From: Zygnema circumcarinatum SAG 698-1b
Taxonomy: Eukaryota > Plantae > Zygnematophyceae
Direction of reading: 5' to 3'
Assembly: GCA_037447605.1 (NCBI GenBank)
Contig: CM074804.1
Location: 7,975,909 to 8,039,908, forward strand
DNA length: 64,000 nucleotides
The notes under the pieces were generated by a model. It made no database searches and was not told the DNA's origin. It saw only the letters and a list, made by a program, of their open reading frames with translations. Position numbers and translations under genes: made by a program. Shown piece after piece: positions 17,800 to 28,800 of this stretch (positions within the stretch are counted from its first letter, which is position 1; the number at the start of each line of letters is the position of its first letter).

Positions 17800-18054
17800 G
17801 AGGGCACTGAACCCTCAACCCCTTCAACCCCTGAACGTTGCAAATTCCCCTCACGCCTCCTTCTCCGCACTGCAGCTTCAAACCTTGAACCCTTCCAACT
17901 TAGACCTAAAACCCTGAACCCTAAATCCTAACCCTAAGCCTGACGTTCCGAGCCCTCTTTCAGCCCTGCACACCCGATCCTACACCCTACACCCTACACC
18001 CTGCACCCTAAACCCTAAACCCTAAACGCTAAACCCTAAATTCTAAACCCAAAA
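17800..18054 (+). repeat. Degenerate plant telomere-type repeats (CCCTAAA)n / telo-boxes immediately upstream of the WDR75 ATG
   Basis: Seven in-register heptamers at 18006-18054 (CCCTAAA x3, CGCTAAA, CCCTAAA, TTCTAAA, CCCAAAA) plus degenerate ACCCTA/ACCCTG units upstream. Confidence 0.85.
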
Positions 18055-18063
18055 TTCTGCAGC

Positions 18064-21000
18064 ATGCGCGTGGCGGGCGGGCCGCTGGCGGAGCGGCCCT
18101 GCGCGGTGAGCGGCGACGGGGCGCAGGTGCTCTGCTGCGCAGGGGTCAGGGTCAAAGTCTTCAGCGCCGCGACGAAGGAGCTCGTGAGTGTGCGGGGTTC
18201 AGGATTTTAGGGTTTTGGAAGGGTATTAGGGTTATAGGGTGTGCAGGGCCAAGGGAGGGTTTTAGGGTTGAGAGGGAGAGGGATTGAGAGGTTGTGTTTA
18301 GGGTTTAGGACGTAGGGTTAGGGTTTAGTGGTTGAGGATGCCAATGTGGAAGGGTAGGGGAGGGAGAGGAGGGGTTGAGGGTTTAGGGTTTGGAGGAACT
18401 AAAGGGTTTAAGGTATTGCGGTTTGGAAGGGTTGAAGGGTAGGGTATGTGAGGGTTTAGGCGGCAGGAGGCTTTGGTTTACAGGCGGAGGATGTTAGAGG
18501 AAGGGTTTTAGGGTCCGGCGGAATGTAGGGTTTTGGAGGGTGGGGGACAGGCTTCCACGATTAGGGTTTAGGGTTTTGGAGGGTGGGGGACAGAGGCTTC
18601 CGGGAGTAGGGTTCAGGGTTTTGGAGGGTGGGGGTCGAAGGCTCCTGGGATTAGGGTTCAGGGTTTTGGAGGGTGGGGGACACGGGCTTCCGGGATAAGG
18701 GTTTAGGGTTCTGGAGGGTGGGGGACATAGGCTTCTGGGATTAGGGTTTAGGGTTTTGGAGGTCGAGAGTACAAATTGAGGGACTGGAATCGAAAATTTT
18801 AACTATTCTTACCGTAATTATACAAACAAGAAGCGTTTTTTTAAGCTGCATTATAAAAGGAAAAACTGAGCTGAAGGAATTACATGTACTCCATGGAAAC
18901 ATTGGTAAGATACCCTTTTTTTCTATCATAACTTAAGCATAGAAACTGCAGGAATGCTCATCAGTGAACATGTGAACCAACGTCAAAACATTTAGTAGAT
19001 TTCTACGGAGAGTCATTCCAACAAAACTAAACCGCATTGCCTATATGCAGGGCGAGAGCTTGAGGAAGTGTACCGGAAATTAGAAACCAGGAAGCTGTAA
19101 AGCAGAACACCAAATACCCAAAACCAGAAAACTCAAAACGGAAACCCAACAAACCATCAAACCATCAAACCATCAAACCATCATACCATCAAACCATCAA
19201 CCCATCAACCATCAAACCATCAAATCATCGATCCATCAAACCAGCCACCAGAAACTAAGCCCTGCCTTGTGCCTGTCTGTTTTCAGTTGGCTGTTTTGAG
19301 GGGCCACAAGCGTGACGTGACGAGCCTTGCTCCCGCGGACCGCCTCTCTTCTTCCTCGGGGCGGGCGGTCCTCCGACACGTGTGGACGGCCTCGCTGGAC
19401 GGGACAGTGCGGCTGTGGGACTATGGCTCCGCCACGGAACTCCAATTCATTTATGTCGGATACCCTGTGGAATCAATGGTCAGGATTTGACTGAAATGCC
19501 ACCTCTCTCTCTGTCTCTTTCTCACTCTCTCTCTCCCATTCCTGCCCTCCTGCTCCTCTGTTTGGGCAACTCTTGCTAACTATCTCTTTCCTAGTCTCAA
19601 TTCCAATGATCAGTGTGAAGGCGAGGAGCAACACCAGGTCGAGACATTAAATAAGCAGTCAGGATTGAGTTTCCAGTTTAAAACTGAGTGTGCAGGGGAG
19701 TAGAATTGACCAACCTCCAATGCCCCTACCTATTGAACCAAATCAGTTAACCCCTGAAATCCTAAACCTCCAAACGTTGTAACATGCGTTTTTTGCAGGT
19801 TGTGGCTGAGCAACATGTGCCAGAACGCAAACTCCCAAAGAGGGTCGCTTACTTGTCAGTTTGGTGGGCAGGAGACAAAGGCCATGGTTGCCGTGTACTT
19901 GTTCTTGACCTAGATTCCGGACGACTCTCTTCTGACAGTCTGTTAAAGGTAGGATGGTTGGTTCTTTATTCTTCTAGCAGAATGTTTCTCCTTGTCTCCC
20001 ACTCCTCTCCCTATGTTTTTCTTCATGTTTCCGACCTTAAATGAGCCTTGTCTTAGCATCCATTGCAGGTAGAACGACCCGGAAGACTTGTGAAGAGTCC
20101 GAAAGGAGGACTTTTGGGGATGGTGGTCGGAAATAAGGTGTGGGTTGCGCCATTATCAGAAGCTTCTCGGAAGGTGATGCCTGATAGAGGCACTTGGCTT
20201 CATCACAAGAAGGAGCTCCGGGTAATGGCGTTCAGCCCATCAGAAACTTCAGTGGCTGCCGGAGATATTGTGGGACGCATTATTGTTTGGCATAACATAG
20301 GGCATACAGAAAATAAGGATGCGCTGCAAGGGTCGGGTAAGAAGGGGAGAGAAGGGGGTGGGAGAGGAAGTGGGACACAGGAAAGTGGAGTTCGAGAAGG
20401 AGACTCTGCTCAAGCTTGGAGCTCCTTTCATTGGCATCCATATGCTGTTCGCTGCCTTACTTTCAGTGCAGACGAAGCCTACCTTTTGTCAGGAGGTTAT
20501 GAAACAGTTCTTGTCATATGGCAGCTCGAAACAGGAGTTAAGCAGTTCCTTCCTCGCCTGGGAGCTGCTCTCACTGCTATTGTTCCCACTCCCAATGCGT
20601 CCACATTTGTGGTGCAGTTAGCAGACAATTCTCACTGTTGGATCAGTATTTCAGCGATGAGAGTGGAGAGATCCCTCCGTGGATTGGCTCCCAATCTCAA
20701 TCTTGAGTGTTCCAAGGAGGTGCAGAGTGTGGTAGAAAACATCGTTCCTAGCAGGGTGGCTATGGACCCCAAAGAAGGGTATCTTGTTTCAGTCACCCTT
20801 ACTGCAGGCCTGCAAATGTATGATCTGCAGAGGGATCGTCACGTGACAAGTGTTCAGGTAAGCATACGGCCCTGTAAGGATTCTACTAACAGTCGATGTT
20901 GGGCGGCGTAAGAATTGAAACTTGTAAAGTCTTTTTTCCGTTCTACGATATTCTATAGCATCAGTTCTTCGCTGCCGCTGATATTTGCATAGCATGGTTA

Positions 21001-22542
21001 GAGAATGGTGATGGGAACTCCGCTCTACTCACAACTCGGAGATTCTAAAAGCTTGTTTTGCCTCTGCTTCAATTTTTTCAGGTAGCTCGGCGAAATTACA
21101 TCTCTGAAGAGAAGACTGACAGCACTCTCACAGAGAGAGTGTTGGACGCCGGAGTTTGGGTGACACATGTGGCATTCTCCCGCGACGGAAGTTGCATGGC
21201 CACAGTTGAAGTTCGACCACCAGAAGAGGGGATAGGCCGCTCCACATGTCTGAAAATTTGGGAGAGAAACTCAACAGAAACTGCTGGGAATTCACAGGCA
21301 TTCTCTGTCAACACTCAAGTAGATAACCCTCACAGGGGTCTCATTTCGTCTGTGGTTTTCAGCCCTGTAGAGAACATGCTAGTGACCTCCAGTGAGGGAG
21401 AGGGGAGCTCGTTTAAAGTATGGGTCTCTATGGAGCACGAAGGGAGAGAGGCCTTCTGCTGGAGGTGCAGGTCTTCTGCAGGATTCCGAGGAGAGAATTT
21501 TTGGGGAGCAGCTTTTTCCTCTGATGGAAGTCTACTAGCCATGGCCTCTGGGCACAGCATCACCCTTTGGAATCCCCATAGTAATGCTCTGCTCTGCGTT
21601 CTGCAAAGCCGGAGGAAGAAGGCGGTAGTGAAGAGAGTGGAGTTTTTGAAGGAGTCGCCCTTTTTGGTGGCTTTGGTGAAGGGAGAGGGGTTGTGGGAGA
21701 CGACGGTGGTAGAGGTCTGGAATCTGCTCACTGCTTCACTATGGTGGGCATGTGCTCTTCCTGTTCAAAGCTTGGCGATGGATCCCCAAGACTCTCGAAT
21801 GGCAGTTTTTGTGCCCTATCCGAGAAAAGCGGCGGTAGGGAGGGGAAAGGATGGTGAGGAGGATAAGGGGACGAGGGAAGCTTCTCCAGGGGCTGTTATT
21901 GTGTTTTCTGTCAATGAGGGAGGGGTGACGCCTGTGGCTGTTTGGGAGGTGAGAGATGGGACAGGAGCTGTACTGCTCTTTGTGGGGAGAGGAGTAGGGA
22001 GGGAGGGGCAAGGGAGTCGGCTTGCGCTTCTGAATGAGCGAGGGGAATGCCTTGTGTGGGACCCTCTGAGATCCTCGGTGGAAGAAGATGATGATGAAGA
22101 GGAGGACCACGGAAAGCCAGAGGTGGCGGATAAGGGTAAGACCTCTCTCCCTCTCTCTCCCTCCCCCATACTCTCCCCCTTCCTCGACCCNNNNNNNNNN
22201 TCCCCCCCCCCTTCCCCCGCTCCCCTCTCCTCCCTCCCCCCTTGCCCCCCTCCCCGCTGCTCCCCTGCGTGTGCTGTGTTCTATGCGTTGTTTCCTTGGT
22301 ACCTAAAATTCGACTCGGCTCTGTTGCCTGCTGCAGAACCTTCGGCTTTTGAGGCCATGTATGGGAGCTTGCCCCAACCACGTAAAGATTTGAATGCTGT
22401 TCCGTCGCATGGTGCGGTAGACAGGAAGTCATGGAAAGGGCTGTTAGACGGGCCCTCTCACGTGTTGCCGCCACTGCAGAGAATATACCCCGAGTTCATG
22501 GAAGCCATGCTGGAAAAGTTGAGTAATGCATCCAACAATTGA
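18064..22542 (+). CDS. WDR75: WD40-repeat protein WDR75/UTP17/NAN1-like (t-UTP, small-subunit ribosome biogenesis)
   Basis: Exons 18064-18183 (MRVAGGPLAERPCAVSGDG...VKVFSAATKEL), about 19288-19480 (LRGHKRDVTSL...WTASLDGTVRLWD), about 19799-19948, about 20070-20857 (LHHKKELRVMAFSP, FHWHPYAVRCLTFSADEAYLLSGGYETVLVIWQLETGVKQFLPRLGA), about 21082-22135 and 22337-22542 (LLDGPSHVLPPL). The QFLPRLG and SHVLPPL motifs fit WDR75. Confidence 0.85.
18200..18520 (+). repeat. Degenerate (TTTAGGG)n telomere-type repeats in WDR75 intron 1
   Basis: Many TTTAGGG/TTAGGG/TAGGGT units. Confidence 0.8.
18520..18763 (+). repeat. 45-bp G-rich minisatellite, about 5.5 copies
   Basis: Unit approximately YGGGATTAGGGTTYAGGGTTTTGGAGGGTGGGGGACAYRGGCTTC, with starts at 18601, 18646, 18691 and 18736 (45-bp period) plus earlier degenerate copies. 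Confidence 0.92.
19150..19245 (+). repeat. (AAACCATC)n 8-bp tandem repeat in WDR75 intron 1
   Basis: About 10-11 units, some degenerate. Confidence 0.9.
22191..22200. other. Assembly gap (10 N) next to a C-rich tract
   Basis: N run. Similar gaps at 37891-37900 (in poly-T) and 41379-41388 (after poly-G). Confidence 0.99.
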
Positions 22543-23138
22543 TGGAGCTGCCCTCTTCCTAATCACTTGACCCATGCTGTTCAATGTGCCGATTTTCTAC
22601 TAGTCCGTGAGTGTTACTATGTTACGGTGATGACATGCATGCGCGTTTGCATCTATTGGAGACTCCTTGATGGGTCGTTGGATGGCCACCCATCTTCCGC
22701 TGTTATCAGGACATCAGTTCAAGAGGTTAGATCATGGCATTCAAGAGACGGAAACCCTCAAAGCCCCTATAAGCACTCGATTCCAAATGCAGCGTACCTT
22801 TCATTACTTTCAGAATACATGCGACCCTACGACTCATCTGCGCCCCAATAAGCACAGCTTTCCTGCACAGCTAAGACAGCCTCTTCTTCAATTACATCTC
22901 TGGCAGAGCCCTCTACGCGCCTTAGTTTCGGTCGCTCTCACAACCTTTCTAGGCTGCGAGTAGTCTTCTGCAGAGCAGCATTTCAACTGGCTCCAATCTC
23001 CTGGATTGCCTACAAATGCCACCATCCCCCTTGACATTGTTGATTCTTTGATCCTTTTATGCTGGGTACAATGCTGGTTTTGCAATGGATGCAAGTGCAA
23101 GATTCTCCTGCTGGACGGTTACTTCTAAGTAGTCGCAG

Positions 23139-24631
23139 CTATGTTGAGGAAGTCTTTGCCCTGCACAGACCATGACAAGACGAAGGTAATTTGATTAGCA
23201 GGACAAAAGTGTCTGGCCCACAATCTGCAAGTCAGCGCACGCTAATGTGACGAGATGCACTTCCTTTACGTACAACATGTATGCAAACTATACAAAAAAG
23301 ACGGCACATTTATAGGTCTACACTTTATTTACTTTAGCTCTTGTCATCACAGGCGTGCATGTTAATGCAAATTCAATTCTTTTCACATCTAGACGCTGGA
23401 CAAGTTTCTGTTGAAGTGAAACCCGAATTGAAATTCGCACCACAGCAACAAAGGAGGTAGCCACCTTGACTTCCGAACAATTTCAGGATTTGCTCACATT
23501 CTTGACCAAGAATCTGTACTTGGGCTTTCGGAGAACCTTCCAGCTTATCTAGGGTGAGGAGCTAGAGAGCATAGACGATTAGCCAAATAAACATGTCGCT
23601 TCACGGCCAGAATGCACCAAGTAAATCTCGATGAGCTCGCTTTCGGAGTATGAGATATGAGCAAGTGCATTCCAACATCCAAACTCTCAATTTGATATTT
23701 GAGAATGGAACGGCACACAACAATAGGCTAGAGCACAAAAAAAATGCAACCCTAAAAATTCGTGAGTCCCAGACATAGCCGTTTCCCATTTAAGCTTAAA
23801 GGTAGCGGACTACTTACTGGGCATGCATCACGGCAACAAGAGGAATAGCGGTTCCAAATCCAACAACAGCGCCAATTGCAAGTCCAAACTTCAGCTTCCG
23901 GTTCTTCATCTGCAAAGACATTCAAACATTCTCTGATCAACAAAGCTACTCCACCTTATCAGCTAATTATATGAACAGAAGAGTGGAATCGAAATCCATC
24001 ATTTGGTTAACAGCAGTAAATGTACACTTCCAAATACTTATTTTGTCATGCAGCTGTGCAGATTCAGGCGTACCAACTACGTCCATTACCTACATGGCTG
24101 CAATATTCAGCAAAACTGAGTCCACCAAAATGGAGAAGGACGATGTCGGAAACTCACCGCGGGCAAGTCGTACATGCGTTCAGCGTGAATATAAGCATCG
24201 GGCTGCAGGGCAAGGAAACCGACATAACTTGATCACAAATACCGCTCTCAACACTTGACAAATTCAAATAACCAAGATACAATGCCACGTGCAGCAGAAA
24301 GGAGAAAAATATAGCGGAAAACAAAGGAAACAACTCCTCCTGCCAATGCGGGTGGCTCCGTCAAGCCACCTGTCAACCAGTCGCCCCGTTGCCATTACTA
24401 CTACTATGCTTTCCCGCTCAGAATCTCATATTTTTGGCTAAAAAAACTCCTAGTCACCATAGTGGAAGCGGAGAAACGGTCCTAGGGCCCGGCACTCACA
24501 TCGTTGCTGTGAGAGTGAACCTCATGCCCCCCCGCGGCCTTGCGAGGAGCCGCCGACTGGAAGCGCCTGCACGCAGCTTGACGAGTGGAGGCCACTATGC
24601 GGCGAGCAGCGACAGCGATCAGAGGCGCCAT
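23139..24631 (-). CDS. Small mitochondrial single-pass membrane protein, cytochrome c oxidase subunit 7c-like, 4 exons, about 89 aa
   Basis: Spliced product MAPLIAVAARRIVASTRQAACRRFQSAAPRKAAGGHE-PDAYIHAERMYDLPA-MKNRKLKFGLAIGAVVGFGTAIPLVAVMHAQ-AKTSST*. It has a mitochondrial presequence, a YIHA..MY.L motif and one transmembrane helix ending PLVAV.H.Q.KT, resembling the C-terminus of COX7C. The family assignment is from memory, not a search. Confidence 0.7.
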
Positions 24632-25037
24632 GGCGGAGGGAGAGAGGGAAGCAGGGGAGAGAGAGCGAGAGAGAGCCAGAAGCCGAGCAAGAGACAGAGT
24701 TGCCCTAAGAAACTTGCAAACCCTAAAATTCCCTCCGCCAGCAAGGATGCTGGAATTGTCCTCCTACGCTCGCAGTTATCGTCTAACTGCTAAATAAGGA
24801 AAATACAGTTCCGTGAGTAAAATTTTTGTGATGTATGTCATGTAACGCGTTGAACCTGCGTGCAACCTTACTGTTACCATTAGCAGTCACATGATGAACT
24901 ATGCACGTTTATTTTTTGAATTTTCACAGTTCTTAAACTTCTATGTGAGAGCTTGACGGAGGGCGGGACAAGGGTCGATGGAAATCTGTGTGTTATTTTT
25001 CCAATTTTCGCAGTTTTTCAGGTTCTATGTGAGACTC

Positions 25038-25476
25038 GTACGGGCGGCGGAACTGCGGTCGGTGGCGGACATTAAATGTCGATCCCAACCGCAAACCTTC
25101 TCGACCGACACAAACAGCAGTTGTACGAAAATCCGACCGTGGCGTCTCCTGATTAGTGGGTCCGCTTTTAGATTTTTCCGCAATCGCGACATGGCTCGGC
25201 GGACGTTCAAAGTTCAACAACGGTACGGCATTCCTTTCGTACAATTTATGTACGAAAAAATACGGTACCGTACAATCTAACAATTATTCGTACGGCAATC
25301 GTACTATTTCGTACAACTGTGGTACGAACGAGTACCTGAAAGTACCGTCCGGCTCGATACGAATGGATATTTCATGGTATATCGAGATATTGTAGGAGCC
25401 CTCGGTGCAAACAGTGGGTAACCAAAAGCGAGTTCCTTTAAGCGACCGCGCGGTACAGTTTACATTCGTACAGTAC
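25038..25476. promoter_or_regulatory. Dense GTAC (SBP-box / copper-response-like) motif cluster in a divergent promoter
   Basis: 16 GTAC cores counted, 11 of them within 25223-25345. Perfect TTCGTACAA at 25236, 25308 and 25121 (minus strand). Confidence 0.6.
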
Positions 25477-25818
25477 CGTATGTCCTCCGACGTGATTTAC
25501 CGCGCTCCAAAGCGTCCTTAGGGCGTCCCCGAGGCTGCCGCCTGCCCATAAGCGTCCTCCAGGTGTCCGCCGGTCTGCCGTCTCCCTAGACGCGTGTCAC
25601 ATCCTCCGGGGCCCTGCACTCACACTCCATCTCCCCTCTCTCTCTCTTTGTTCGCGCTCTCACATTGCTCTCTCCCTCTCTCTGGTGATGGATGTGTAGC
25701 TGCTTGCTGAGAGGACGGAGGTCTGAGGAATGTGAGGGCATGTGGAGGAGCAGGGAGGGGTTGGAGGGATGTAGGCTTTGGAGGTGAACCTGCTGCAGGC
25801 TCGCTCTGAGTGTCGAAA

Positions 25819-28800
25819 ATGTCATCTGGTGAGTGAGTGCGGTTGTAAGGTCAGATAAGGAAGTTAGTTAGGATCAAGTTTCTTCGATAACGTTTGTGAC
25901 GATGAGGTGTAGTTTAAGTACAACATTCGTTTGCTTGAAAGCTGATGAAGTGAAACTCATATTGATTCAGTTAGCGAATGCTTCAATGGACCTATGAAGT
26001 GGATTATATTACGTTATGTATGGCTAGTGGCGTCAAAGAATACCGAAACTTCGTTCTAGAAATCGATTTTTTTCTCCTAACAGGGCTGCTTACAGATGTA
26101 ATTTCACTTTTTTTTTTGGCTCTCCGTTCTACATCTGCTGAATTTTTTGTTAGAAATAATCATTCATCCATCAATAAGGCGAACGTTACGTGATTAGAGT
26201 CTTTGTGGTGAGATTTTCATTTCGTCTGCATCTTTTGCGGATGTTTTATACGTTATGACTTGCATACTGGTGATGTGAGATTTGTTCCTCCCATCAATGA
26301 CGTCCGGTCACTCTCCACAGTAGGCATATGAGGAGCAGGTCTGTCATGCAGGGGCTTCTTCTTCTTCTACTAATAATTGTCATGAAGGTATTCAAATCAT
26401 TCAGTCGCTAACATTGTGTATCTCAGGTCCCTTGTATTCTCGGTCATTTTATGAGAAGCACTGTGGAGTTTTTTTTATGTATCGATAAGCACCAGTAGAT
26501 TTTGGATGTTCTTTTCTGCATCCCTTGCTTTGGCCCAGTGATGGGCTGTCGATCATGTCATTTTTGGATGGATGATTTCTTTATTTTTACCTTAAGCTGC
26601 AGTTCTACAATAAGCACGTACTGCGAGTGGCGCCTGTTGTGGAACCAAACTGAAGTATACATTGAGAAAGCAGTGGAAGTTGGTGGGGACTTCAGAAGGA
26701 GCAAAGGGATGTAGCGCAGGAATTGTAGAAACTGCTATTTGTGACTGGGAAATTGAAAGTAGTCTAAGCATTCACGTAGATGTTAAGCCTATAAGTGCAG
26801 TGTGTCAGCCCTTCGGTTGCTGTTGTTCTGCAGACTGCACTAGGTAGCTAGGTTTTGTATTGAATGCTGAAGTATACACTCACCTGTATGTTTCTTTTTA
26901 TTTCTGCATTTCTCCGCTCTTTTAGCACCTGAGACACTATCGGGAAAGCTGTTTGCAGGGAGTCGCAGGGAATTGCGCCTTATTCGAATTTCACGAAGAG
27001 AGGGTGCTCCAGCTGCAGGAACTGGCGGTAGCGATGGGACTCCTCAAGTTCCTCAGAGGCGGCAGGCACATGCAGATCAAATGAGCATGGAGGACTTGAT
27101 TGATAACATACCCTTCGACGATCTCAGACGAATGATGGACGCGCCCATGTTGTGAGCTTCCGTGCTTGCCCGAGCGTGTGTATTCTCTGGAAAGGGGGAC
27201 ATTTTTTTTAGAAATGTAATTTATTATATTAGCGTTGCACAATTTTGAAGAAACATAATTGGATGAGGTGTAATAATTCCTTGTTTTTTATAGACTTAAC
27301 ACTGGAAATTTCCGAAGGCTTACCAGTGATGATCACAGTTTTAGGTTTATTCGAGTTCTTTTTGACTCTGGTTGATTGTTTTCATCTTGAGTCGCCAGTC
27401 GATTTTGAGATGTACAAGAGAGAAGTACATCTCCAGAACAAGTGCGCATGCACACTTCAACAAAGTGATACTTTCCTGTTACGTGAATTCATGTGTTTTC
27501 TGGGGTAATATTCTAATTATACACCTGAGCTCTGGTTGGACGTTGCCGTCCTTTTGAGCAGCAGCGGTCCTCCCCCAACACCCGCGGAAGTGAGCCCCTC
27601 GCAAGTCAGCCCTTCTCATCCAATACAGCAAGGTGGCCGAGGTAACATTGCTTTCCGGGCGTCGTGGTTTTGGGATCTGTAATCCCTGAGCATCAATCCC
27701 TCAGCATGTGTACGGTAACGAGCAGTAGGGGATGTTTGTTGGAGAGAAGTTTGCCAGGGCTTCATCTGGCATGTAGGCTCAGAATCTTCTGAAGCCTGAA
27801 CATGATTTGATAACTTTCAGACAGTTGTGTAGTTTTTAGGTTTGGTGTGCCTATATTCATCTCATCACTCACCTTTTTTGTCGAGGATCATGCATGCATG
27901 TACATCAAGGGCTACTGCATTGCACTAGCTTGACTGCTCCCTCCTCGCTAGGGTACTAAATCTCTTACATATCTGTCACAAACGAATGAAACTAGACTCT
28001 TGTGTGTTACGCTGGATTTTTTAGTGCCAATGAATGTCTCTACATTGAGATAGTGCAGGCAGGGGCTGGTTTCCAAGCATGCAGATTTTGAGGAGAAGAG
28101 GTCGAAGTCGCAGGCCAGCTCCTTCAACTCCTCCTCTGACCCACGCTATTCCCCACAGCTCCCCACATCTCCCATCCCATGCCATGGAAGGTGACCTGGA
28201 TCATGCACGGGTGGGCTCACAAGGAGCGGCTGCTGCACCCCAGCCTTTGGAAGGAGAGCTCTTGTCATCCGCACCCTTTCGAGCTCGTTTTCCACGTTCA
28301 AGGGCTATACGCCATATAGGAGGTTGGAGGCTGCTGCCTTTCACACGCATTGATCTCGTATTCGTGTAGGACGTTTTTTGTTCGCTGAGATGGAAGTGAA
28401 GCTATGAAAGCCTCGAGGGGGGAAATGGATTGGTATTGAACTCACGATATCATAAAAATACGAAAGAGGGAGGCATAGAAGATTCAATGCAAGAAGGTAT
28501 TAAAAGACCAGAAGATGAACAGAAAGCATTGAGTGAAACTACGCTACAACGGGGCGAGAGGTCGTGGTGATAGAGGGATATGCGATTTCGTAGGGTTTTT
28601 TTTCTTTTGAAGTGTTGGACTTCGATGCCGGCAGAGGTACGAAGGGAATAACTACAGGTTCTAAACATGACCTTAACATTACAGGAGGAAACAGTGACAA
28701 GACAGGTTAAGTTATGATCTTTTCCACTGTGGAGCTTCAAATTTACAAGCAAGATATAGTCTGGCTTCCGGAGGATACGTGAATATTCTGTGATCTCTTC

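Noticed and set aside
17800-18763. True chromosome end or telomere fusion site
   Set aside because: The repeats are degenerate and flanked by intact genes, and their orientation is opposite to a head-to-head fusion signature.
19600-19690. Possible intronic C/D snoRNA (ATGATCA...CTGA) in WDR75
   Set aside because: Imperfect C box, no terminal stem and no rRNA complement that I could identify.
22136-22336. WDR75 ORF 21058-22542 reading through an intron as a possible exitron
   Set aside because: The intron contains a 10-N gap of unknown true length, so frame and absence of stops cannot be trusted.
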